Shown here one piece after another: positions 10,167 through 18,965 of a stretch of DNA of 64,000 nt. Every line of letters starts with the position of its first letter. Position 1 is the stretch's first letter. The position numbers were made by a program, and so were the translations under genes. A model generated the notes under the pieces. It had not been told where the DNA came from. It searched no databases and saw only the letters and a program-made list of their open reading frames with translations. The stretch comes from Gemmatimonadaceae bacterium. Lineage in GTDB: Bacteria > Gemmatimonadota > Gemmatimonadetes > Gemmatimonadales > Gemmatimonadaceae. The stretch is taken from assembly GCA_045803545.1 (NCBI GenBank), contig JBJMOW010000005.1, forward strand, positions 704,001 through 768,000, written 5' to 3'.

Positions 10167-11044
10167 CGCCCGTCCTCGCGCACCGCGTCTCCTTCCTCTC
10201 GCCTACCGCTTCCGGCCTTCCTACCCCGAATCAACCGCACGAGTTTCCCCAGAGGGTCATAGTGCCTGTCCACCACCCTCTCTTTGAGCGGGATGATCGC
10301 GTTGTCCGTGATCGTAATGTGTTCCGGACACACTTTGGTGCAGCACTTGGTGATGTTGCAGTAACCAATGCCATGGTTTTCCTTGAGCTCGTCACGGCGG
10401 TCGAGGATGTCGAGGGGATGCATTTCCAGCTGGGCGGCATGTACAAGCAGCCGTGGCCCGACGAACTGTTCGTGGAGCTGATGATCCCGCAGAACGTGAC
10501 AGACGTTCTGACACAGGAAGCATTCGATGCACTTTCTGAATTCCTGGACCCGGTCTACGTCGTACTGGGTCATCCTCCAGGTGCCATCGGGAGCGTCGGC
10601 CGCGCGAGGCGTGAACTTCCGAATTCGCTTCTTCGCCCGAAAGTTCGAAGAGACATCAGTCACGAGATCCTTCACGGGCGGGAACGCCCTCATCGGCTCG
10701 ATCGTAACCGGCGCTGACAAATCGAGCTCGCTCAGGCGCGTCATGCACATCAGACGCGGAATGCCGTTGACCTCCGCCGAGCACGAGCCGCACTTGCCGG
10801 CTTTGCAGTTCCAGCGCACCGCCAGATCGGTCGCCTGGTCGGCCTGGATCTGATGGACCGCATCCAGGACCACCATGCCCTCGGAGACTTCTGCTGAATA
10901 ATCGGTCAGCTTGCCTTGCGCGCCGCTGCCGCGCCAGACCCTGAACGTCGCGGTACGCGTCTGAGTACCGGCGCTGGTGTTACTGCGTGCCGCGGCGCGC
11001 TGGCCGCTCTCGACGACATTCCGTGCCAGGCGCTCAGTGGCCAT
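10163..11044 (-). CDS. sdhB: Succinate dehydrogenase/fumarate reductase iron-sulfur subunit (Sdh1 type)
   Basis: NCKAGKCGSC, CIECFLCQNVC and CNITKCCTKVCP clusters; GGAGGT RBS spacing favours ATG 11044 (alternative 11053). Confidence 0.95.
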   Translation of the reverse strand: MATERLARNVVESGQRAAARSNTSAGTQTRTATFRVWRGSGAQGKLTDYSAEVSEGMVVLDAVHQIQADQATDLAVRWNCKAGKCGSCSAEVNGIPRLMCMTRLSELDLSAPVTIEPMRAFPPVKDLVTDVSSNFRAKKRIRKFTPRAADAPDGTWRMTQYDVDRVQEFRKCIECFLCQNVCHVLRDHQLHEQFVGPRLLVHAAQLEMHPLDILDRRDELKENHGIGYCNITKCCTKVCPEHITITDNAIIPLKERVVDRHYDPLGKLVRLIRGRKAGSGRREEGDAVREDGR

Positions 11045-11081
11045 GCGGCTCATACCTCCGGGGGAAAACAGCGCCCGCCTG

Positions 11082-12896
11082 TCATTTATTCTCCTCGATG
11101 ATCTTCTTCAGATTATCGGGCATCTCCGGAATCGGCTCGCGTATCACCTGCATCTCGCCGTTCGGGCCACGCTTGATGACGATGTTGAACTTCGCGTAAC
11201 TCGGGTCCTTTTCAGGATAATCGTCGCGGAAGTGACCACCGCGACTTTCTTTTCGCTCCAGCGCCGCGCGAGCAACGATCTCCGACACCGTCAACAGGTT
11301 CTGCAGATCGAGCGCAGTGTGCCACCCTGGATTGTACTCGCGGTTTCCCGTCACCGATACCTTGCTCGATCGGTCGCGCAGCGACTTGAGACGCTCGATG
11401 GCCGTTTTTATCTCGTCTTCACGGCGGACGATGCCGACGAGTTCCTGCATCGTCGACTGCAAATCATGCTCGACCTTGTACGGCCCCTCGCCGTTCGTCG
11501 TGCGGTTGAACGGGTCGAGCGCAGCGCCAACTACCGCGTCGGCCTGCTGAGAATCGACGCGCGTCGCAGCCTGTCGAGCCGCGAATTCCGCTGCGTACTT
11601 CCCCGCGCGCATGCCGAACACCAACAAATCCGATAGCGAGTTTCCTCCCAGGCGGTTTGCGCCGTGCAAACCAGCCCCAACCTCGCCCGCGGCGAATAGG
11701 CCAGGCACAGTCGACATCTGGGTATCGCCGTCAACGCGAACGCCGCCCATCACATAGTGAGTAGTGGGACCGACTTCCATCGGCTCCTTGGTGATGTCGA
11801 TGTCGGCGAGCTGTTTGAATTGGTGATACATGCTGGGCAGCTTCTTCTTGATGTGTTCTTGGGCGTTCGAGAGCTTCGCCCCAATCCACGAGATGTCGAG
11901 AAACACGCCGCCGTGCGGGCTTCCCCTGCCCTCGCGCACTTCTTTGACGATCGCGCGCGCGACGTGATCGCGTGTGAGTAGCTCGGGCGGACGGCGCGCA
12001 TTCTTGTCGCCCTGCGTGTAGCGCCAACCTTCTTCCTCGCTGTCTGCGGTTTGATTGCGGTAGTTCTCGGGAATGTCGTCGAACATGAATCGCTTGCCCT
12101 CACGATTCACGAGGATCCCGCCTTCTCCGCGCACACCTTCCGTGACGAGAATCCCGCGCACGCTTGGCGGCCAAACCATTCCCGTCGGATGGAACTGCAC
12201 GAACTCCATGTCCTGTAGTGCGGCTCCCGCGTTGTAAGCGAGCGCGTGTCCATCACCGGTGTACTCCCAGCTGTTGCTGGTGACGCTGAACGCGCGACCA
12301 ATTCCTCCAGTGGCGAGGATCACCGCTTTCGCCGCGAACAGCTTGAATCTTCCACGCTCGCGGTCATAGCCGATTGCTCCGGCGATCCTGTTGCCGTCCT
12401 TCAGCAGCGACACGATCGTGCATTCCATGTGCACATCGATCGGCTGGTGCACCGCATAGTCCTGCAGAGTGCGAATTATCTCGAGGCCGGTGCGATCGCC
12501 GACGTGCGCCAGCCGCGGATATTTGTGGCCGCCAAAGTTGCGTTGGAGAATTCTGCCGTCTGGAGTGCGATCGAAGACGGCGCCCCAGGCCTCGAGCTCG
12601 TTCACCCGAGCGGGAGCTTCCTTCGCGTGCAGCTCCGCCATGCGCCAGTTATTCAGATACTGACCCCCGCGCATGGTGTCCGCGAAATGAACCCGCCAGT
12701 TGTCTCGATCGTCGACGTTGGCCAATGCTGCGGCCACCCCTCCTTCAGCCATCACCGTGTGCGCCTTTCCCAGAAGTGATTTGCAGATAAGGCCCACCGA
12801 TGCGCCTTCGTGCGCAGCTTCAATCGCAGCCCGCAAACCGGCGCCGCCTGCACCAATCACGAGCACGTCATGCTCGTGACGCTGGAACTCAGCCAC
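11082..12896 (-). CDS. sdhA: Succinate dehydrogenase/fumarate reductase flavoprotein subunit
   Basis: GAGGAG, AHTVMAEGG (covalent FAD His), QFHPTG, HGANRLGGNSL, ESRGGH. Confidence 0.96.
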   Translation of the reverse strand: MAEFQRHEHDVLVIGAGGAGLRAAIEAAHEGASVGLICKSLLGKAHTVMAEGGVAAALANVDDRDNWRVHFADTMRGGQYLNNWRMAELHAKEAPARVNELEAWGAVFDRTPDGRILQRNFGGHKYPRLAHVGDRTGLEIIRTLQDYAVHQPIDVHMECTIVSLLKDGNRIAGAIGYDRERGRFKLFAAKAVILATGGIGRAFSVTSNSWEYTGDGHALAYNAGAALQDMEFVQFHPTGMVWPPSVRGILVTEGVRGEGGILVNREGKRFMFDDIPENYRNQTADSEEEGWRYTQGDKNARRPPELLTRDHVARAIVKEVREGRGSPHGGVFLDISWIGAKLSNAQEHIKKKLPSMYHQFKQLADIDITKEPMEVGPTTHYVMGGVRVDGDTQMSTVPGLFAAGEVGAGLHGANRLGGNSLSDLLVFGMRAGKYAAEFAARQAATRVDSQQADAVVGAALDPFNRTTNGEGPYKVEHDLQSTMQELVGIVRREDEIKTAIERLKSLRDRSSKVSVTGNREYNPGWHTALDLQNLLTVSEIVARAALERKESRGGHFRDDYPEKDPSYAKFNIVIKRGPNGEMQVIREPIPEMPDNLKKIIEENK

Positions 12897-13703
12897 TTAC
12901 AGGAGTCTCACGTCGTGCCAGACACCCATCGCGCACAGACGAATGAAGACGTCAGAGAACGCGACCCAAAACAGGCTGATCCAGGCCCAGCGCATGTGAC
13001 CGCGGTTGAGGCAGCTGACACAGTCGTAGGATGTCTTGCGGACGGGCGCGCGTGAAAGCTGGTCCAAATAGCCGCCAACGAGATGGCGCAGCGAGTGACA
13101 TCCGAGTGTGTATCCGCCGAGGAATACGACGTTGAGCGTCAGCACGATGGTGCCAATACCGATACCGAAATTCTGGTGTCCGGTGTTGCGATCGAAAAAC
13201 CACATCGCCTTGTACGCGTCGCTGGCGAGAATCACCAGAAAAATCAACGCGGCATAGAGGAAGTAGCGATGGATGTTCTGGACGACCAGCGGGAGATAGC
13301 GTTCGCCGCGATAGCTCTTGCGTGGCTCGCCCACTGCGCAGTTGGGGGGGTCGGCCCAGAAGCTCTTGTAGTACGCTCCCCTATAGTAGTAGCAGGTGAG
13401 ACGAAATCCGGCCGGAAAAGGCAGGATGATCAGTGCGGGTGAAAAGGGGATGAAGTTCGGCAGCCAGCCGGGTCGACCGCCGTGAATCCATGCGTGCGGC
13501 GAATCCGAGAACAGCAGTGGTGAATAGAACGGCGAGAGGTAGTTGCCGAACGCGAAGAACTGGTTCTGGAGCGCTGCCCAGGTGGCATAGACCAGAAACG
13601 CCGTGAGGATGATGAACACCACCAGCGGTTGGACCCACCATGCGTCGCGGCGCATCGTCTGACCGAAGCCGCGACGGGTGAGTTGCACAACATCAGACGC
13701 CAT
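12897..13703 (-). CDS. Single-subunit membrane anchor of Sdh1-type succinate dehydrogenase (Rv0249c-like)
   Basis: First gene of the sdh operon; YLSPFYSP, FRLTCYYYRGAYY, HRYFLY, GCHSLRHLVGG and HMRWAWISL motifs. Confidence 0.88.
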   Translation of the reverse strand: MASDVVQLTRRGFGQTMRRDAWWVQPLVVFIILTAFLVYATWAALQNQFFAFGNYLSPFYSPLLFSDSPHAWIHGGRPGWLPNFIPFSPALIILPFPAGFRLTCYYYRGAYYKSFWADPPNCAVGEPRKSYRGERYLPLVVQNIHRYFLYAALIFLVILASDAYKAMWFFDRNTGHQNFGIGIGTIVLTLNVVFLGGYTLGCHSLRHLVGGYLDQLSRAPVRKTSYDCVSCLNRGHMRWAWISLFWVAFSDVFIRLCAMGVWHDVRLL

Positions 13704-13804
13704 CTAGCAGCACTCCAGCGCTTTAGCGCGTGCGTGTGAAGTCAACGAGCCGACATCGCAAAGTTAGTTTTGGCTCTGGTGCGCTGGAAGTCTTGCGTCG
13801 AACG

Positions 13805-13843
13805 CAAAGAGCCTCCGATGCAATGCGCATCGGAGGCTCTTTG
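13805..13843 (-). terminator. Strong hairpin terminator downstream of the Spy/CpxP gene
   Basis: Perfect 17-bp stem CAAAGAGCCTCCGATGC / GCATCGGAGGCTCTTTG with a 5-nt loop. Confidence 0.75.
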
Positions 13844-13891
13844 TATGAATCTGGTTGTGTTTCAGACGATCTTGCCGACCAGGCCTTAGCC

Positions 13892-14404
13892 TTAGGTGCC
13901 CTTCTTCACGCCTTTCTCACCCTTCTTCCAGCCCTTTCCTCCCATCGCGCGGCGATCGGCCATTTCCTTCTGCCGAGCGTCGAACTTGGTCTGCTGCTCG
14001 GGCGTCAGGACGTTGCGGATCTCGCTGGTTTCCTGGGTCTGGATCGGCTGAGACAGAGCACGGGCTTGCTGCATGTTGCTGCGGAATGCCGCAGTGTCGC
14101 CCTTCTGACGCGCCGCGCGCGCGGCATCCATCAGAGGCTTCTGCTGTGTGCGAAGGGACTGGAATTGCGTCTTGTACTTCTCGCGGATCGTTTTGATCTG
14201 CGCCTTTTGCGCGGCAGTCAGGTTAAGATCGGCATAAAAATCACGACCGCCGCCTTTGCGACCGCGGAACTCACCAGCGGCGCGAGGGCCGCGGCGATAC
14301 GCGCCACTATCGGGACGGGTCGGAGCTGCTGTTGACTGCGCCGCTGCAACGCCAGCCGCGCCAACCAGCATCAGGGCGCCAAGCGCCAGAGTACGAACAG
14401 ACAT
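13892..14404 (-). CDS. Spy/CpxP family periplasmic chaperone (LTxxQ)
   Basis: Signal peptide; two LTxxQ motifs (LNLTAAQ, VLTPEQQ); GGAGG RBS. Confidence 0.88.
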   Translation of the reverse strand: MSVRTLALGALMLVGAAGVAAAQSTAAPTRPDSGAYRRGPRAAGEFRGRKGGGRDFYADLNLTAAQKAQIKTIREKYKTQFQSLRTQQKPLMDAARAARQKGDTAAFRSNMQQARALSQPIQTQETSEIRNVLTPEQQTKFDARQKEMADRRAMGGKGWKKGEKGVKKGT

Positions 14405-14460
14405 TCAAACCTCCACAACTGTTAAACGGCCGGCCGCGGAGTGCGGTTGGCTCAGCTGTG

Positions 14461-14487
14461 TTAGACGGGGGCCACCGGGCGACGTTA
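14461..14487 (-). promoter_or_regulatory. ECF-sigma-type promoter for the Spy/CpxP gene
   Basis: Minus strand reads TAAC-N16-CGTCTAA, matching the AAC...CGT ECF consensus. Confidence 0.5.
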
Positions 14488-14538
14488 ATGCGCCAATCCG
14501 TCGAGTTACGGACCGAGGACTCTAGGAGCCAACTACCG

Positions 14539-14700
14539 CGCTATTAGCTGATAGCAGCACGCTGTTAGCTGATGGCTGCCTGCAACGGGGCAGGTCGCGA
14601 CCATCCTGAGGAAAAGCCGGTTGTTATTGCGAATGCGAAGGAGGCCTGTCCCGTCGCTTGCAGCGAATAGCTATCAGCCAGCTGCTATCAGCTAATAGCG
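14539..14700. repeat. Long intergenic inverted-repeat/hairpin element
   Basis: Perfect 20-bp inverted repeat CGCTATTAGCTGATAGCAGC (14539-14558) / GCTGCTATCAGCTAATAGCG (14681-14700), with further internal pairing. Confidence 0.8.
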
Positions 14701-14714
14701 AGGCAGTTCCCCAC

Positions 14715-14741
14715 AAAAAAGGGCCGAGCAAAGCTCGGCCC
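14715..14741 (-). terminator. Intrinsic terminator of the uppS operon
   Basis: GGGCCGAGC-N3-GCTCGGCCC stem followed by T6 on the minus strand. Confidence 0.85.
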
Positions 14742-14771
14742 ATACCTTTTCAAAGTCTTAGTCCGCAGTCC

Positions 14772-15539
14772 TCAGCCAGCAGCAGCCTCAGGAACGCGGC
14801 CGTACCTTCTCTCCCTCGAGTTGAACTCGGCCACCGCGCCAGCAAGATCGGCCGACGTAAATTCAGGCCAGCGCCGCTCAGTGAAGTAGAGCTCGGCGTA
14901 AGCGCATTCCCAAAGCATGAAGTCGCTGAGACGCTGCTCGCCGCCAGTTCGAATGAGTAAGTCGACGTCTCGGCATTCACCATCCCAGCGGTCGACGTCG
15001 CACATCGCGCGTGAAAGGGCTTCGCGCGTCACGGCGCCAGTGTCGGCGAGCCGCGCCGCGGCACGAACCAGCGCATCACGCGACGAGTAGTCAACCGCGA
15101 TCCGCAGGTCGAGACGAGTGCCGTGCTTCGTCGCTTCCTCGGCCGCATTGATCGCGCGCAGCAGCTCCGATGGAATCCGATCGCGACGACCGATGATGCG
15201 CATCCGTACATCGTTGGTGACGCAGCGATCGGTCTCGGCCACCAGGTAGCGGCGGAAGAGACGCATCAGCAGCGCAACCTCGCGCGACGGTCGTGCCCAG
15301 TTGTCCGCGGAGAAAGCATACAGAGTGAGCATGCCGATGCCGCAGTCAGGGGCAGCTTCGACGATCTTTCTTACGACGCGCGCGCCGGCAACGTGACCGG
15401 CGGTGCGCGGCCGGCCACGCGATGTTGCCCAGCGACCGTTTCCATCCATGATGATTGCGACATGGATGCCCGACTGCGCCGGGGTCAGATGCGCACGCGC
15501 TTGATTGTGAGAATGTGTATGCTGGTGGGTCTGAGACAC
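14772..15539 (-). CDS. uppS: cis-prenyltransferase (undecaprenyl diphosphate synthase family)
   Basis: [49 protein letters not shown]. Confidence 0.93.
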   Translation of the reverse strand: MSQTHQHTHSHNQARAHLTPAQSGIHVAIIMDGNGRWATSRGRPRTAGHVAGARVVRKIVEAAPDCGIGMLTLYAFSADNWARPSREVALLMRLFRRYLVAETDRCVTNDVRMRIIGRRDRIPSELLRAINAAEEATKHGTRLDLRIAVDYSSRDALVRAAARLADTGAVTREALSRAMCDVDRWDGECRDVDLLIRTGGEQRLSDFMLWECAYAELYFTERRWPEFTSADLAGAVAEFNSRERRYGRVPEAAAG

Positions 15540-15542
15540 GTT

Positions 15543-15938
15543 CTAGCGCTCCCGCGTGGCGCGGATCAGCGCCTCCATGTGATCGAGATAGCGTTCGAGT
15601 GCACGACGACCAGTGGCAGTGAGCCGATACTCCGTCTTGGGCATCCGGCCCTCAAACGACTTCGTGCAAGTGATGTATTCGGCTTCTTCCAGCTTGCGCG
15701 CGTGCACGCTGAGATTGCCGTCAGTCGTCTTCATCAGTTTTTTGAGATCGCTGAAGCTGAGCGAGTCGTTGACGGCGAGCGCGCTGACGATGCCGAGTCG
15801 CAGGCGTTCATGAATCAGCCGATCGAGCACGTCCGCGCGCGCCGATGCAGGTGCAATCGGCTCGGCTTTTCCGCGCACTGTGCGTAAGTCTCCCATGTTC
15901 GGTCGGCGATCGTCGCGAGCAGTGCCGTGCTTAGCCAC
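15543..15938 (-). CDS. Winged-helix transcriptional regulator (HTH_34/MarR-ArsR-like)
   Basis: LDRLIHERLRLGI, TDGNLSVHARKLEEAEYI, TEYRLT..GR; probable GTG start overlapping the upstream stop. Confidence 0.88.
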   Translation of the reverse strand: MAKHGTARDDRRPNMGDLRTVRGKAEPIAPASARADVLDRLIHERLRLGIVSALAVNDSLSFSDLKKLMKTTDGNLSVHARKLEEAEYITCTKSFEGRMPKTEYRLTATGRRALERYLDHMEALIRATRER

Positions 15939-16548
15939 CGTGTCTCCGCGCGACCGGAATGCCAAAAGCTATGTGCAAGCCGCCGAACGCCGCTGCCATT
16001 ATCCAGTCATTCCATGTCGCCGGAGTGAACAGTGCCAGCATACCAGCGAGCATGAAGCAGATACCCATCACCGGAATGAGTCGCACCGAGAACGCGCCGC
16101 CGGCGACAACCGCAGTTCCATAGAGTAGTAGCCACATTCCCGGGATGGCGGCAACGACCCCAGCGCGGTAGAGCACGATCGTCAGCAGTGCACCGACGAG
16201 CATCGGAGGCGAAAAGCTGAGAAGGAATTTCCGGCCCGGACCGGAGAGTAGCGGCATGTGCGCGCGGCGCGCCTTGCGCCAGATCGCCCATGCACTAACC
16301 ACTGGTGCCAGCACTGCCGCGGCGATCCAGACGTAAATGGAGCGAAGCACCGTGTGCTGCGACGACGCGATCGTCGCGGCGACTGTGGCGATCAGGCCAA
16401 CCGCGACCATTCCCCAGCCGGAAACGGCGGTGAAAGATCCCGCTTTCTCCATCGTGTCGCGAATGAAAGCGAGGTTGTCCATCGCGCGCGCGTGTAGCGC
16501 CGGTGGTTCGGGCGTGGGCGCGCGGTGTAGTGGACGCACTGATGCCAT
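15931..16548 (-). CDS. Multi-pass membrane protein, first gene of the wHTH-uppS operon
   Basis: AMDNLAFIRDTME N-terminal helix, about 6 TM segments, FGGLHIAFG C-terminal motif. Confidence 0.85.
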   Translation of the reverse strand: MASVRPLHRAPTPEPPALHARAMDNLAFIRDTMEKAGSFTAVSGWGMVAVGLIATVAATIASSQHTVLRSIYVWIAAAVLAPVVSAWAIWRKARRAHMPLLSGPGRKFLLSFSPPMLVGALLTIVLYRAGVVAAIPGMWLLLYGTAVVAGGAFSVRLIPVMGICFMLAGMLALFTPATWNDWIMAAAFGGLHIAFGIPVARRHGG

Positions 16549-16555
16549 GGGCTGG

Positions 16556-16605
16556 AAACTACAGGTTTAATCGATCACTGTCAAGTACTTTACGCTGTAA
16601 AGTAC
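16556..16605 (-). promoter_or_regulatory. Sigma-70 promoter (leaderless) with adjacent palindromic operator
   Basis: TTGACA (16584-16579), 17 nt, TAGTTT (16561-16556), 7 nt, ATG 16548. Perfect palindrome GTACTTTAC-gct-GTAAAGTAC (16585-16605) abuts the -35. Confidence 0.8.
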
Positions 16606-16684
16606 GATGAGGACGCTCGGGGAATTACTACCCCGCGACCGGCCGGCTTCGCTCGCCGACCACTTAGCTACTTCGCCAGTACGG

Positions 16685-17308
16685 TCAGGACAGGGAGATC
16701 GGCCCCGGCAGGGGGTCGCTCGCCGGGAACGTCTGCTCGACCATCTTGTCGAGTCTGCGCTCATCGATGGCGTTGGTCAACAGCTCGACGAGATGCGCGC
16801 AAAACGCCGGTAGATCATCCGGTTTGCGGCTGGTGAGAAGCTTTTGGTCGAGCTGCACCTGCTTGTCGACCCAGGCTCCGCCTGCGTTCCTGATGTCGGT
16901 CTCCAGGCTCGGCCACGAGGTGATCGTTCGGCCGCGTACCGCATCCGCCTCCACCAGTAGCCATGGCCCGTGACAGATGGCAGCTACCGGCTTGTCCAGC
17001 TCCATGAATTCACGCACCAGGCCAACCGCCTTATTATTGGTGCGGAGCTTGTCGGGATTGGCGACACCGCCGGGCAAAACGAGTGCGTCGAAATCGCGCG
17101 CGGTCACGGCGGCAACGTCCAGGTCGACGGGGAAGGTTTGGCCCTTCTCCTCATGATTGACCGACTGGATTTCGCCGGCCTTGTCAGAGACAAGCTTCAC
17201 GTCGGCGCCCGCCTGCTTCAGCGCGTTCCATGGCGCAGTGAACTCCACCTGCTCAACGCCGTCGGTGGCGAGAAATGCAACCCTGCGTCCCACAAGCTGG
17301 CCAGCCAT
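16685..17308 (-). CDS. PfpI/DJ-1 (YhbO-like) type 1 glutamine amidotransferase-like protein with a C-terminal FPASDP extension
   Basis: GVEQVE, LVLPGGVANPD, AAICHGPW, TSRKPDDLPAF; AGGAGA RBS before ATG 17308. Confidence 0.9.
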   Translation of the reverse strand: MAGQLVGRRVAFLATDGVEQVEFTAPWNALKQAGADVKLVSDKAGEIQSVNHEEKGQTFPVDLDVAAVTARDFDALVLPGGVANPDKLRTNNKAVGLVREFMELDKPVAAICHGPWLLVEADAVRGRTITSWPSLETDIRNAGGAWVDKQVQLDQKLLTSRKPDDLPAFCAHLVELLTNAIDERRLDKMVEQTFPASDPLPGPISLS

Positions 17309-17420
17309 GCGATCTCCTATTTGTGTTCGCGTGATGCCCAATCCTGAAGTCAGAAATTGTGCCAGTCACCGACTAGGGCAAGGCACGTGACCCGAATACT
17401 CTCCGTCACCATATTTCGAT

Positions 17421-18491
17421 GTGCCAATCGTCGATCTGTACGGACACGAAGCTCTCAAGCAGCGCCTCGGCGCCAGTGCACGGGCGCACGCGCTGCCGGC
17501 GAGTTTGCTGTTTCACGGACCCCACGGCGTCGGGAAACAGCGCTTGGCGATTTGGGTCGCCCAGACAATTCTGTGTCGGGAAGCCGATGCTCCGTGTGGC
17601 AAGTGCGCGAGCTGCCGATATGCCTCCGAACTCACTCACCCGGACCTGCACTGGGTTTTTCCGCGACCCCGGCTCAAGGACTCAGACCCGGATCTCGAGC
17701 AGGTGCGGGCCGACTATGCGGAGGCGATCTTCGAGCGTGTCGCCAATTACGGTCTTTATGCACCGCCGTCCGGGTCTGAAGGCATCTACGTAGCAACGAT
17801 TCGATCGCTCGTCCAACGCGCGGTGATGGCACCAGCCGTGGGCTCGCGAAAAGTTTTCATCGTCGGTGACGCGGAGCGCATGGTGCCGCAGGAAGGGTCG
17901 GACATGGCAGCCAACGCCTTCCTAAAGTTGCTGGAGGAACCTCCGGCAGACACCACCATCATCATTACCTCGAGCGAGCCTGGTGCGTTACTGCCGACTA
18001 TTCGCTCGCGGGTCGCCGCTGTACGCGTGCCTCTGGTCACGGAGAAAGCAGTTCGGGCGTTCGTCGACGATCCCCAGGTAAAGAGATCGCTCGACAAGAT
18101 GGGAAAGGCCTCGAGCGGGGAACGTGTGCGATTCGCTGCCGGCGCTCCCGGTCGCTTGTTGGCCGGCGAGGGCAACGCCAAGGCGACGATGAACGCTCGC
18201 CGCATGGTGGAAGCTGCCACCAGCTACCGACACGAGCTGCTGGATTCGGTAGCTATGTCGCAGGGCTCGTTCGGCGCTCGTGGCAATTTCGCTGAAACGC
18301 TGGAAGCACTCGTCGAGTTGTTGGGCGAGCGGGCTCGCGACGCACTGCATCGCAACGATACCCAGGCCGCAGCGGCTGCAAGCCAGGCCGTAACTGCGGT
18401 GCTCGAGGCACAGACTTACACCGAGACCAACGTCAGCCCGCAACTGATCACGTCACGCCTCCTGCGCCGACTGGCATCGACCTTCAAATGA
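17421..18491 (+). CDS. holB: DNA polymerase III subunit delta-prime
   Basis: LLFHGPHGVGK, C..PCGKCASC zinc module, HPDLHW, ANAFLKLLEEPP, LLPTIRSR. Confidence 0.9.
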   Translation: MPIVDLYGHEALKQRLGASARAHALPASLLFHGPHGVGKQRLAIWVAQTILCREADAPCGKCASCRYASELTHPDLHWVFPRPRLKDSDPDLEQVRADYAEAIFERVANYGLYAPPSGSEGIYVATIRSLVQRAVMAPAVGSRKVFIVGDAERMVPQEGSDMAANAFLKLLEEPPADTTIIITSSEPGALLPTIRSRVAAVRVPLVTEKAVRAFVDDPQVKRSLDKMGKASSGERVRFAAGAPGRLLAGEGNAKATMNARRMVEAATSYRHELLDSVAMSQGSFGARGNFAETLEALVELLGERARDALHRNDTQAAAAASQAVTAVLEAQTYTETNVSPQLITSRLLRRLASTFK

Positions 18492-18961
18492 GCGATCTCA
18501 CCCATACCGGCGCCGATGGTCGCGCGAGAATGGTCGATGTCGGTGACAAAGAAGAAACTGAGCGCATCGCTCGCGCTGAGGGAACGATCACGATGAGCGA
18601 GGAAGCGTTGTCCGCAATCGAGCTGAACACCCTCGCGAAGGGGGATGCGGTCGCAACCGCGCGTATCGCTGGCATCATGGCGGCCAAAAAAACATCGGAG
18701 CTAATCCCGCTTTGTCACAACGTTCCGCTTACCGATGTAGGCGTCGATGTCGATGTCGAACGGAATCTGCCAGGCATGAGTGTGCGCTCCTGGGCATCTT
18801 CGCGCGGTAAAACCGGCGTGGAAATGGAGGCGCTAACCGCCGCAATGGTGGCTCTGCTTACGCTCTACGACATGGCCAAGTCGCTCGACCGAGGCATGGA
18901 GATTCACGGAGTCCGCCTTACCGCGAAGAGCGGCGGGAAAAGCGGCGACTGGAGTCGCTAG
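18488..18961 (+). CDS. moaC: Cyclic pyranopterin monophosphate synthase
   Basis: LTH..ARMVDV, AAKKTSELIPLCH, TGVEMEAL, YDMAKS, KSGGKSG; ATGA-coupled to holB. Confidence 0.96.
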   Translation: MSDLTHTGADGRARMVDVGDKEETERIARAEGTITMSEEALSAIELNTLAKGDAVATARIAGIMAAKKTSELIPLCHNVPLTDVGVDVDVERNLPGMSVRSWASSRGKTGVEMEALTAAMVALLTLYDMAKSLDRGMEIHGVRLTAKSGGKSGDWSR

Positions 18962-18965
18962 CGAG

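Noticed and set aside
14539..14700. Calling the hairpin 6S RNA or a riboswitch
   Set aside because: No recognisable conserved motifs by eye; kept as an unassigned element pending an Rfam search.
17350..17364. Sigma-54 promoter for pfpI (TGGCACAATTTCTGA on the minus strand)
   Set aside because: The -24 element is good but the -12 reads GA rather than GC; too weak to call.
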